From: Catajapyx aquilonaris | Lineage: Eukaryota | Assembly: GCA_000934665.2 (NCBI GenBank) | Contig: JYFJ02000861.1 | Location: 1 to 64,000, forward strand | DNA: 64,000 nt | Direction: 5' to 3' | Part shown: piece after piece, positions 9,825 to 22,577 of the stretch | Numbering within the stretch: the first letter of the stretch is position 1 | How the letters are laid out: each line of letters begins with the position of its first letter | Notes under the pieces: generated by a model | What the model was told of the DNA's origin: nothing | The model's input: only the letters and a program-made list of their open reading frames with translations | Database searches by the model: none | Program-made: the position numbers and the translations under genes

Positions 9825-11835
9825 TCTGACATCTATTCATGCCTATACCAAGGCGAAATCCTCCAACTTCTCAGCCCCTTTTATCGCAGATGATTCCCAA
9901 AAGGACCTCCAACCCCCCTGTTCCTTTCGGCGAGAAAATACTTTCAGAGCTGTTCGAAACCTTTTAGGAGCACAATGCGCATGGGAGCCAGTTGCGATTT
10001 TGAAAGCACTTTCATACCGCTGGCAATTCTTTGTCAGAGTTCACCTTTCCTTCGTTCGATTGTGGTGAAATAATGGAGGCTGGGATAAACTTTTTTTTTT
10101 CCTCAAGTCTCTTTTTCTTCTACCATGGGTCAGAGAGGGCAGAGTCTCCATGGTCGCGTCGTGAATGCCAAAGGGGTGTCTACAGCCCCCCCCCCCCCCT
10201 TTTTTTTGGGGGGTCCAATCGATAGGGTGGGCCATCTCCCAAAATTCCCGAGCCGCCAGCCAGCCGAAATTCCATTTCTTGAACCGTTCTGAAAATCAAT
10301 CCCATCCAGCATGGTTGCAAGTCAGACACAGTTTTTGTCCATTGCTTGGGCAGACTTGGAATGGACTGTAAAACAGCTGCTCCGGGCGTCTACCCCTAGA
10401 GAGAACTTGGGGGGTAACACGTGTATCACCAAGGAAGAAAATTGAGTTTGGTTGACGTCATCCGGAGTAAATGGGGCAGTAAAAATGGGGAGATTGGATT
10501 TCGCAATTGAGCCGCAGGCTGACTTTCTTCGGTGACCCTTCCGTGACATTTGACCTTTTGGTCCCGCACGGCAGCTGGTCAAGGAATAAAACCGTGGACG
10601 TAACTCAAGACTAATGAGGAAAAATGTCGCGTAAATAGTACCACTTTGCATCGGAACCTGTTGCCCTTTTAACTTCATTTTAGTTTTCCTATGTAAGGGT
10701 TGACGTTGGTTTTGTTAGCCTTGAGATCGGTACAAGACTGGTTTGAATTATTCTGAGGATCGAGCCAAGACGTAAATGAGTTCCGGATCCATGCAAGTCA
10801 AAGTCAACGGGGCCAAGTTGGCTCAATTTGATTTGTGGAATGGATCTGCCATCGAGTTCCTGGTAGGCTGGCTTTAAACTTTCAGGAAAGCATGTGCAGC
10901 GTAGCGTAATTGAAAACGGATTTCAACCCAAGGTGAGTACCGGAGGCTACTAAGGAATATTGCATCAGTTCAGCCCGTGTAGCTTGGTATTACGTGAAGA
11001 CAAGTTACGAATTTTTGGACACTAGTGATATCGATTAAGATGGGGAGGGCGCGCAATAATAACGCAAGTGTTAAGGAAGTAATAGAAAAAGTCCAAATCC
11101 TGATAAATGATACCATCCGTGCTGGAGGTGTTATCTGAAGTTCAAATACTTCCCACAAGAAAGTTTGCGAAAAGTGTGAAAAAGTAGGAAGATTTAGCGT
11201 CACGAAAATTGAGACAGTCTGAAAACTAGAAGAGATCAAGATATCTGCGAACTTGTAATGAATCCGATAAAATATCGCACAGAGACATGTTGCCAATTTA
11301 GTTTTAGTCGACTCTGCACTATAGCTGTGAAACAGTATGCCAAAGAAAAATGTGATGAGAGGCTTGGGTTGCAGTATAGAACCAAATTTATGTCACACCC
11401 TGTAAAAAGAAATCAATTTGAAGTCCGTGGCCCGATTTATCACTGTACGCCACGAATAATTTACCTCCTGCAATAACCCAGCACCTATTGGCATATTGTC
11501 CATTAATCATTTGTGCAGATCGGAGCCAACAATAACTCTGGAAGCATCCGCCGCGAGGAAGCTCTCGTCTGCCCTGGGCGCCTCGCGTCGGCTGGTTCCG
11601 GAATCAGCAAGCGACGTCGACGACGTCGAGATGCAGTGGCGCCTTCGAACCTCGCCTACCTACCCCACTGTCCCAGCCAGTTGCGTGAGTGGCGTCGCGG
11701 AGACGAGATGGTCCAACACGGGACGCCATCCGGACGCGGCTGGGTGGCCACGGGTCACCTGGATGACCTAGAGGGCGAGGCACCGGACGCCTGGAGGTGG
11801 TAGTGAGCGGGTGTACTGGGGCAGGAGGTACACAG

Positions 11836-12055
11836 ATGCGGGACTCGACGGCGGCGTGTCCGTGGACCCAGCAGCAGCAGCAGTCGCAGCCGCAGCAGCA
11901 CCAGAGAGACAACAGTGCCAGCAGCACCAGCAGCGGGGGGAGGAGGAGGAGGCCGGAAGATATGGTGGACAGCGTCCGGCTTGTGGTGCTCAAGAGGCCC
12001 CCGGATCAGTCCGGAGGGGGGTTCGGGTTCAGCATCAAGGGCGGGAGAGATGCAG
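11836..12055 (+). CDS. WHRN: Whirlin/dyschronic first coding exon, start of PDZ1 (…VRLVVLKRPPDQSGGGFGFSIKGGRDAG)
   Basis: GFGFSIKGG PDZ carboxylate-binding loop; G|gtagga phase-1 donor. The first in-frame ATG after the stop at 11764 is 11836; an alternative ATG is at 11962. The exon probably starts at 11519 (ttgtgcag), with an upstream non-coding exon ending at 10932 (aag|gtgagt). Confidence 0.85.
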
Positions 12056-12095
12056 GTAGGATCGATGCACCTAACACATGGTCAGCTACATTATA

Positions 12096-12311
12096 CAGGG
12101 GTGTACCCATGTTGACCCCAACTGTTCCGTCCTTGTGCAGTACCACACTTTGCAAACGTATTGAACGCGGGCCGGGCTATTGTTTCTTTTTTTTATTGGA
12201 ATCGATGCACAGTAGGCTTAATAAAACCTGATGGAGACACACGAGTCATGCGAAGGGGCAATAATGTTTGGGCCCCACATTTAGACGGCTGGGTCAACAT
12301 GTCCGCACCTC
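12096..12311. mobile_element. Degenerate Tc1/mariner-type MITE
   Basis: Left end TA|CAGGGGTGTACCCATGTTGACCCC, with an imperfect inverted copy GGGTCAACATGTCCGCACC near 12291-12309. The right terminus is eroded. Confidence 0.4.
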
Positions 12312-14442
12312 CCAAGTTGTAGAGTAATCCGATAAACCAAGCGCAAATATGCTTGCCATGCGCATTCTAGCAACTGTCAGCTCTAGTACTTTAGCCACCT
12401 ATCACGTGCCCCGTGTCCCAATAGCCGATAAGCCGGCTGCGAATTGAGATCCCGGCTAATTCCCCGTCCCGTAATCCCAGCTGGAAAAATGGACACAACT
12501 AATCTGACCATTGACGGCCATGCTTGACAAGCAAAGTGCATCTACAGGGACGTCACGTGGAGAGCAAGAATGGTGGACGCGCATTATTACCCGCGGCGCA
12601 GCTGAATTGGACCGTCCATGGGATTAACCTGCTCCGGTCATCCGGGACAGATATATACTAGGGGGCGTATAATCCGGGGAGCCCGGACAAGCACACTTGT
12701 ATGATGTTCATTAGAAGCTCTATTGGCGGCTAATGAATTGGGGATTCTGTCCGCACCAATGCCTTTCCAAATGTGTCTGGTTCTACATGACTCGTTGGCG
12801 CAACAGTTTGATTCCGGTTTAATCGGCGGCCAAGGTGACCCGGAATTGCGAATCCGCCCTTGCCGAGATGGCATAATTCTTGCCGTCATCTTCGTCCCAC
12901 GCCCACGGTCAACAGCTGATTTACAGGCAGATCAATAGCGCCCGAATGGGTGACCACTGACCACCCTTGAATTGTTGGCCAGCGCCTGTGAAGCATGCGA
13001 CCCGTTGGTTAAGAGAAGCTGAATAGTTGCATATGGGACAGGATGACATCGGACCAAGGTCGGGCTACTTGGCCTGACTAGCTATTTCTAGGCGCAGTGT
13101 CCGGTCTGCCGAGGGTTGGATTCGTGTAGTAATTAGCTAGCACTTCATCTACTTGTACCGGAGCTCTGGACTTATTGAGTTATACATGAGGCTGGACTGC
13201 AGACCCGTTCACGCCAACTTGCTGTTCAGACTCTGTGTCGTGGTGATTTGTGTAAGGGCAGTGTGGAACTCCGCTGAGGCTCTGATTTGCATGCAGGGAA
13301 ATAGCATTGTTTACGTATAGTGTTTTGGGAAAACTGCGTTGTGCAAGCCTAATGCATAACAAGTAAATTGTGGCAATGACGCAGCACATATAGCAGTAAA
13401 ACAGGGAAGATTAGGCAGGTCTTAGAGCCTAGATGTTTCAGCACTTTGCACTTTTAAAGCGTACCGTATAATTATGACGTGATCCGACAGTTACTTAGTG
13501 CGGGCTGTCACCAGGATATCATCTTGCTTTTCGCTTGCTGAAGGATACAAAGACGAAGAGTCGTAGATGTTTCTGTTTTCTCTCTCTTTTAAAATACAGT
13601 GTATAGTACTGTGCAACATAAAGGAAACAATATACAGTATGCAGCGAGGGAAGCAAATATGCTACAGATGCTACCTTTCGACTCGAGTTTACATTTATTT
13701 TGCTATTTACAGCCGATATGATACCTGCCCTCCCCAATATCCTGGTATGGCTTGTGGTACCGCCTGTGGTTTAGACCACATGCTGTATCGATTATTCGCA
13801 GTACGTGCGTGTATCTATATGCTGTGCATCGTGAATTACAATTTTATAACACTCAAAATAAGTATAACCGGTACTTTAAGTTTAAGGTCACCATTAGCGC
13901 TCTCCCAAGGTGAAGTTTATGGTTTAAAACACTGGAGTGCTGTTGATTGTGTAGCACAGAAGTTGAGTCAAAACCTTTTTACTTTGAAATCTAATATATG
14001 CACAGTAACTTTATTTTTTATGACCGAAGAAGGAGGCCTTGTCGCTCTTAGAACCATCGCAGATATTTATTCAGTGAAACCTACCTCCTACTATGTACTA
14101 TGTACTATGTAGTCTATGTGACAATTACGCCGGGATATAGGGGACGATAGAGAGTATAAGGAATACAATGATTGGCTAATGATCTACTATATTTACAGTA
14201 TTATGCATAAAACACAGAAGGGGAAGGAAGGATGGGAAGGAAGGTAGATCTGTTCAGGTCAAAGGATATGGATTGCGAAGCAAGAGAGGGCGAGCCCCTA
14301 GTCCACCCCATATTTATGGTGTCCCTAGCTCTGGGGGTCAAGCTAGGGTAGATTGGGTTGGAGGGACTCTGGGTCATGGCCGGAAGTAGAGGAGGGGAAG
14401 GGAGTAATTGGAAGGGTGGCGGGTGGTGAAGGGGAAGCTGAT

Positions 14443-14484
14443 ACAACAACACCAACACCAACAACAACAGCAGCAGCAGCAGCA

Positions 14485-14542
<58 letters not shown>

Positions 14543-14548
14543 ATAATA

Positions 14549-14619
<71 letters not shown>
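14443..14619. repeat. Compound trinucleotide microsatellite (ACA/CCA)9 (GCA)5 (ACT)19 (AAT)3 (GAT)23
   Basis: Read directly from the sequence. It accounts for the homopolymeric poly-T/D/L/M/H/S/V ORFs in the track. Confidence 0.97.
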
Positions 14620-17600
14620 ACCATCGAATAGAAATTCCGAGTGTTAGATTGCTCTTGCCTGGCCATTTCTCTGTGGTTTTTCTGATGTTAATTCCCTTGT
14701 TACTTCTCGGGATCTTGGGTTTCTCATTAGAGCAAACCGCCTCCGTCCGAATCCTATCCTTTCCGTTGGCAAATGGTCCTCCAAGGGCAGAAGGAAGGTA
14801 ACCTGACCAGAATATCATCGTGTCGAGCCCTTACAGGCTCACATCGCTCCATTTCATTCTCCTCGAATCATTTCCTTTTATTCATTTTTACCTGGAACCC
14901 AAATATTTGCCCATGAAGGAATCAGCCTAGTCCAGCACAGTATAACTTCTGGCAGTTTCTATTTGTTCATGGCAAGAACAGCCATAGATACGGGCCGAGT
15001 GGTGGAAATGTTTCACCTCAGCATCCCCCCTCTTTGTAGGCTAGATATATTCCGTGTCTGTAGTCTTGGCGCACCTGGATCCAGCCAACCAATCAATGAA
15101 CCGAGTTTCGCTCTCAAGGTTACTCCTCAATGCCAATACCTAACCTTGTGGAGTACTTTTCACGTGAGCAAGGTTATGCACCAGGTGATGAGGCTCCGGT
15201 TGGCCCCCCCTTTTGTTAATTAACAGAGTCCCCCGCTTGTTCTGACCGCTATTCAATATAAAGCGACCCCGTTTTGCAAGCAGCATTACAATTCAGAGAG
15301 CCTGAATATAACTGTTGGCGTCGTCGTAATAGGAAATGACCCCGGAGCATAAGCAACAAAACAGGGCCGGGGGAAGCTCATTTTTCTTCTCCCAGCCCTG
15401 CGGTGTCATTTGCCATTTCTCATGGATTCATTCATGGCATTAGGAGGGCTTAGTCGTCGCCAAATGGAAACGTCTTACTCTGAACTTATATAATTATGAC
15501 GTAAAATTTTAAAATGAAATAATTATAAATCGAACTCAAATAATTAACTCATTTTCTGTGTATTATGTCAGCAAGATCCATCCGGTTTTAGGATTAAAAG
15601 CTGATCCACGTGTTGCACGTCACGAACTGACTGAAAAGTAAAGTGACAGACCAAAATGTACGCGTTTCTTGGCATCTCAGTCTATACCTGCCTTCGTGTC
15701 ATAATGACAGCCATCCAACTGCACTCAGGTAGGCTGTAAAACGCGGATCGGTTTTCGCGGAACGGATCCGGACCTGCAAATAAGAGGAAATGCAGAAGCT
15801 CAGCTGTGATTTCCCGGGGGTATAATGCCTGCAGCCCATTTTTTCTCTCTCGTATGCTACACACGGTATCGGCTGGTAGTAAGTCACAGAATAGAGAACT
15901 ATCCTGCAGAGAAATATATTTACTGATTTACTTTTGCGTTTCTTCCTGGCCCTAATTTGCGAATTTGTTTTCTCTTGCTTTATGTGCCTTATTTTTCGGT
16001 CGATCCAGTAGGTGGTTGTAATCTCCGGAGAGTAAAAGTGGGAAGGAAGCTGGTTGTTGCTATTAGATTACCGTTCCTCCACAAAGTGTCTCTTATCTCT
16101 AGAGTACTGGAACGTATCCGGACTATAAAGAATTCCGAGACCATACATGTGACGGGCATGAATTTGCCATCTAATCGATACTGGGTAGGCGGATAAAAAT
16201 ATACGTACGTGAACACAGAGGAAAGAAAGACGTTTGCCGATGTCATGTTGCATATCAATTTTTCAGCGGTTTTGTTTATGCCTTTTTTTGGGGGAGGAAA
16301 GGAGAATGCGACGTATTCAGAATAATATTTACAGTACATTGAAGTGCCTTGTGATAAAGACAATGCGGTGTAGAATAGTACTTTTCACCCAATGCCAAAG
16401 CGGCATTGTCCACTTTTATCAAAGGGTTATTTAGTAGAACAATGCGAGATGAAATTGGCGTGATCGTCAGTCACTTTTACGTGCCAAGAAGAAGAAAAAG
16501 AAAAAAATTAAATAGATTAATATGAATATTTGGCAAAGAGAGCCAGTTGGCATCTACCCCAGAGTTGGATCGCTCTAAATCCCCGAAGTAAGGCACTCAT
16601 TTGCATCTGGACAATCCTTGAGGACTTCTAAATGTCCCTTGGATCCCCACCGGCACATTTGCACATTTAGCTTGGCGTGGTGAAGCAGGTAGAGAATTAT
16701 TCATGTGGGGGAACTGCGACATATGACCCTCACCGGGTCTTTGAAGTGAAAGCCTACTTTCCTTTTACAGACAAATTTGTGAGTCATGTGTCGTTCTAGC
16801 CCTAAAGTTAAAAATATAAACCAAAACACAATGAAGTAAAAAGGAATCATGTAACTTACAGTTTTCTCATCCACACCCTATATGGTACACTGTAAGATTG
16901 GCATCCATAAATGTGTACTGGCAGTATAGTGGATTGATGGGGGAATGAGATTACCTATACTGCACGCAATCCTAAGAGGAAATTGTAACCCAAACAGGCA
17001 ATATTCATGCTAAAAGACCCGTTCTGAATTGTTCATGGAGTACCGGCGGACGTTAATATATTTCTCGGAATGTTAAGGATTAAGGCGGACTGTAACGCAG
17101 AATTCGACATCAGAATTGCCTTTTAGACGCCGTGTTTGTGGCTGTGTCAAACACTGTGCTGACAAATAAGCAAATGCATGGTAATTTTTATGGAGAGGGC
17201 TAGGCCGCTTTTTGTTGTAAATGCCAGCATTTTATGTAACGCTGCGTCTGCAGTACTCGACCAACATGCTTTGTTCATTTGCTTGCCAATGGTTCACTGC
17301 AAATGACGCCCAAACAAAATATCGGTTACTCCAACTTTTGACGCGAAATGTTACTTCTAGTTTCGAACAACAAGCTGGCCATCACGCTCTCATTAGCATA
17401 TGGCGTCCAGATAAAAGCCTGATGCCTCACTACCTGCTTTTGTACCTTCATCGAATTACCTGCTATTTTGAAAACATTCCTGCCGCAATGTATGCAAATG
17501 TAACTTTTACAGGTGGTAATAATGACGTGGGTTATAAATGAACATGTGACATGTCGGACATGTTACGAGCTGCTGATGACTATACTAACATGTTTTTAAT

Positions 17601-19821
17601 GGATGAGCATGTATTCCATAAATAATATAGTCAATTTCTTTGTATATTATTGGATGTTAAATTTTTGCGCAAATATCTACTCGATGTGAGTTAATTTATT
17701 AAATAGCTGCAATAATAAAGAAGATATCTGTATATGAACATTTTCATAGCTATTTCCATTAGAATTTGCAACGAATTAATGGCTTATGTAACTTGACTCC
17801 GAAAAGCCTTATTGTTTGAAAGCATATAATCGCCATTCAATCCCTAAAACAGCAGCTGGAAAGGTTTTCGAGTGATACCTATCCAACCTGTTGTCCAGGT
17901 CTCAATCCCTGGATTTCCTTACTTGTGCGACTGAGCCTCTGCCAATGGACGGAGAAGAGGATTTTATCCTTCTCTGAATTTCAAATGCAAGGGTGAAGGA
18001 TTTTCTATCGGGAGTATGCGCTTTGTAGATAAGGAGACGGACTTGCAGAGAATTCTTGCTTATATAAAAAAGGACGTTTTAAAAAATGCGGCAGAGTTTG
18101 CTTGGCGGTTGAGATAGATGTGGGTCGGCGATGACGTTTTGCGTTGACTCTGCGGTCGATATTTGTTTCCTACATCGGGCTACATGTCAGGTCATGTTTG
18201 TTGTGCACCCATAAATTGATGTTATGCAACATGCGGTTCTTTCAACCGAGTTCCGAGATATATTGAAGGGATGATGTAATAAAGCGGTAAAAACAATGCA
18301 GCTTTGTGGAAATTGCTTTTGGGCGTATATGGAAAGGCATAGCAATTTTTTTCCAGTAAAAAGTGCTTGTAGAGGAAACAAAGAGGCAGAATCTTTAATA
18401 TCTTGAAAAGTGCTTTATCTTTACGAGCACATTCTATTCCCTTACTGCTGCAATGAAATGAGTCTACTTTTGCTCACACCATGATCTTTACCCAGAGTAA
18501 TGCTAGTGAATTATGTAATCCTTGCATATTAACCATTCAAAGCTGAATAGCGAGGAAACGCTATAGGCTGCGGAACACTGTGGCATTTATCCATGCTGGT
18601 GCACAAAATAGCCCTCTCTCATGTTATTGCGGTCAAGAAACGCCAAGAGTGCCAGGTTTTCACTCAGTTAATTAGTACTGAACTAAGGCGAAGTAGCCTT
18701 GGGCAATGTAAAATTGTACGTCTCTAAAAGGTATACATAGATATTTTAAAAGTAAAACACAAGCTTCTAATGCACATGCGATTCTTGTTATAAATGTGCC
18801 CCAGTTTTACATGTTACCGCGCTTTTTTGGATAGTAATGTCCTAAATGTCAGAGTGGACTGTTATCGTATGATGCTGTTTTCTGTAAGAATACCGCATCG
18901 TTGAAAAAGTGGGAGGCGTAATGCGGGGAGGAGGACAAAGAAAATGAGAAAAACAACCTCCAAGACATCGGCTGTCCGACACATTGCGACAGCTTCATAA
19001 TTCCTACTGAAATGAAGGCCAACCCGATAAAAATTTCAAAATGTTCTTTCATCCACCGCCTTCATTTTATTTTTTTTATCAAGAGAGGCGTGCTTCTGAA
19101 TGCCATTACAGAAATGTATTTTATTTTATGAATCGTCTTGAAAAAGTCTGTTGTACTCCTTCACATTCGCATACGAATAGAAATCCTTCCCACGCACTTG
19201 TCAAAATTTGGAAAGGAAAAATCCTAGGCATGTTTTTTCTAGTAGTTTGGATGCCCCATTGGGAATCTTGTCCCTTTGATGTGTGCACGCTCTGTGAACA
19301 CCCACTTCTTTTTTCTATCTCTAGAATTTCTATGGCTACTTCTCCAATGTCCTGAGGCTACTTGAGAAGTTCTGGGTCTTGGCTTGAAGGTGAAGGTCAA
19401 ATACTGTACAAGATTGGTCGAGAAACATGAAGTATGATAAAAGAGTGCCCCACCTCACATCCTGGACTTAATCCACATCGGATCGGATTTCTACCAAGAT
19501 TCCTTTTTTTTATTATAGGAGAGTAAAGAGACGGGTTTTTATCCCGCTCTGTTTTAAGAGAGCATCATTTGAAGAAAGTGCTGGTGCTGAAATGGAGGAA
19601 GTCTGTCGGCGACTTTCACGGTTCTTTCGGTGATTAAGTTAGAAGTTAGGTCTAAGCCTTAATGCCTTTCTGGCGAAGGGAATGAATGAATTATGGCGCT
19701 CCACTTCTTTCTGTCCAAAAACCTCGCCATCTTTGAAGAGCGCCTCAGTTTGCTTTGTACCCTTGTCAAATTTTTTTTTGTTCCATCCTTTTGTTTGACG
19801 AGCCTCGGTTTCCCATTTCAG

Positions 19822-19961
19822 GAGGGGTTGGCGGTGTGTTCGTGGCCAAAGTTGAAGTTGGGAGTCCTGCCGATCGTTCTGGCCTTCGACCTGGTGACCA
19901 GCTGATGGAGGTCAACGGCATACTCTTCACTGCTGGCATAGGCCATCAGGAAGCCCTGAAA
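19822..19961 (+). CDS. WHRN: Whirlin exon, PDZ1 core (GVGGVFVAKVEVGSPADRSGLRPGDQLMEVNGILFTAGIGHQEALK)
   Basis: cccatttcag acceptor, AAA|gtaggt donor, 140 nt, phase 1 to 0. Contains the GL-x-GD-x-EVNG PDZ motif. Confidence 0.95.
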
Positions 19962-22054
19962 GTAGGTTTCAAACCCAATTTTAGCTCTTTGCGTGGGAAG
20001 AAGGATTGCGTCTGCACGAAAGGTTAAACGATATCAATTTTTATTGCGACACACGGAGGGAACCGTGCTCAATAATTTGCTACGTGAATTTATTTTTCAT
20101 TCAGAAAAACATTGCTGACGCAAGTAATGGAGTAAAATTTGCAATTTTTTTGCGAGCACTTGATTTTGTCCGAACCCATGCTTGCGGCATGTAAGTACCC
20201 AAGGCAGTCCCTTGCGCAGAGCCATAAATTATATGATGTGATCGAAACGCAACCTGGGCTGGCAATTATTATCGGGGTATGGGCTACGAGCCTTGTGGGC
20301 TCCCATTCCGCCATTATTGCACATGTTTGAAAGTGGCGAGTCCGGCAGACAATCGGAAAGTTGGTGTCTGTTGGACGGAGGAAGATATTTTTTGGGTCCA
20401 GAGTAGCATGTGGTGCAGCAGCCAGGAATGAATGAGACAGGAGGAAGCTAAAGTTCTGCCTCCTATATATTGATTGAACTTGAAATAGGAGGACGGGCTG
20501 GCGGCGCCATTCTCCAAAAATGCCCATAAAATCTGCTGCGGGAACGATCAAGCGTATGGCCGAAGCGCAAAATCACCTATGAATAGTTATTCTGCTCCTA
20601 CCTTCGACTTCTTCCTTTCAATGAGAGGGTAGGCAGGCTTGGCTGCACCTTAAATTCGGCCTGGATGGATGTAATAGAGCTGGCTCGTGCCCGGGAAAGT
20701 CGGCTCCATGCCTCTGTGTTATTGTGTTTTTCAGGCCTCATTGCCTGCTTGAACGACAATTGCACCTGATTCGTGCCAGGATCCAATTGAAGCGGTGGTA
20801 ATGATAGGGGCTCGGGTCAAACCGGAGCGACGAATGTCGTGATGAGGTTGGCACATGATACTCTGTCATCAGGATAATCCTGCGTATATATGCCGACCAA
20901 TTTATCGCTATACTGGCCGTGATGATTCATCGTTGCAATTATTTCAAGAGCAAATATTACATGTAGTGAAATGGTGAAAGGGGTGCATGCCACGGATATA
21001 ACATATGACCTATAATATCTCTTTCAGGTCGGCAAAACGATAACTTGAGTGGGTCTATACATGATTGGAGCTGTGAGCTACTTGGCATTATGCTATACAA
21101 ACTATAGGTTGATTATTATTCATGTTTTAGCTTTTTGCGTTTAAATTGGGCCTATGCAATTGTGGGTAGGCTTTTCAGAGTGTCATTATAGACAATTTAA
21201 TCAGTGCCCCGAAAAATTATGCTTGTCGGTTTTGACTCTAGCGCATTAGGGATGCAATAGGTAGTCTACAGTACATTGTTGTTTCATGTGTGTTTCGTGC
21301 ATTTTTGTTCTCGCAATTCTACGTCGTTATACGAGATTTGTTTTTAGTTTTTAAAGAAGACTGGGGCATACAAGTGAGGCTCATTTTTAAACAAATCTGT
21401 GCCACTTTAAAAATATGGCTGAAACCAGGATTACTTAGAAACGTACTATAAAATGGTTGCGTTAATGACTGCTTTCCAAGGATTAGCATTCTCATTACAC
21501 TAGTTTTCAAAAGCAGTAGCCTACTGTAGGGTATAACTTTCTCTAGAGAATAATTACTGCAATTATGAAAGGGTCCTTACTCTACAGGTAACCACGTAAT
21601 CTATTACGCAGGTTATGATATTTAAATTTCATGTTACGCGCAAGGCGTTAGGTTCATGTAAACTTACATATAGGCAGGCGCAGCACGTGAGAGCCATAGA
21701 GGATACTGGAAACTTCCATCATGTTTCATAATTATATGTGTTTCAGTCTGACTGGAAAGATGGGGCCGGACTGGTTGTGTGAAAATGGAGGACGATAGCT
21801 GCAGGCTATTTTGACTTTAATTACGCTGAACAATGGATTTTCCCGTTTAAAAGCATCATCATTGTCTCCTAATATTTTCATTTTACTAAATGAACCCCCT
21901 TGTCCTGAAGCAGGTAAGGTTAAACCCACCCAAAACAAGTAGACTATTATTGGCTTACTTGTGGTATTATCACTAATTATATAGGAGCGGAGTGACGCTT
22001 TGGCCTTACCCAATGTACGCTGCATTTTCCCTCATTGAGAATGACTAATTGGCG

Positions 22055-22577
22055 TCGTGACAGTTGCTTTTTTCATGAAATCAATTACTGTGTATTTCAA
22101 ATTACTATGGATTTACTGGCCAGATCTACAGTATTGTTGGGAATGTTACCTGAAATTCAAATGTTACAACTTATTTCCACCATACTTTGGAAACCTTATT
22201 AAAATATAATATTTAAATTAAAATATATTAAAATATATTAAAATATATTAAGATATATATTAAAATATATTAAGATATATCTAAATATATTTTAATATAT
22301 ATCTTAATATATTTTAATATATTTTAATATATTTTAATTATTTATATTTTTATTAAATTTTTAAATTATTTTAATATATATCTTAATATATTTTAATATA
22401 TTTTAATATATTTTAATTTAAATATTATATTTTAATAAGGTTTCCAAAGTATGGTGGAAATAAGTTGTAACATTTGAATTTCAGGTAACATTCCCAACAA
22501 TACTGTAGATCTGGCCAGTAAATCCATAGTAATTTGAAATACAGTAATTCATTTCATGAGAAAAGCAACTGTCACGA
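22055..22577. repeat. Long inverted repeat (~210-bp arms) around an AT-rich TAAAATATAT-type minisatellite
   Basis: Left arm TCGTGACAGTTGC...TACTTTGGAAACCTTATT is the reverse complement of AATAAGGTTTCCAAAGTA...GCAACTGTCACGA with about four differences. Related AT repeats continue to ~22690. Confidence 0.92.

Noticed and set aside
10181..10215. C-run/T-run/G-run resembling an intrinsic terminator hairpin
   Set aside because: Eukaryotic low-complexity homopolymers with no supporting context.
13567..14112. 181-aa plus ORF
   Set aside because: AT-rich intronic sequence, Cys/Tyr/Ile-rich random composition, no domain or phase-compatible splice sites.
14201..14818. Homopolymer ORFs (poly-T/D, poly-L/M, poly-H, poly-S/V)
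   Set aside because: Artefacts of the compound trinucleotide microsatellite.
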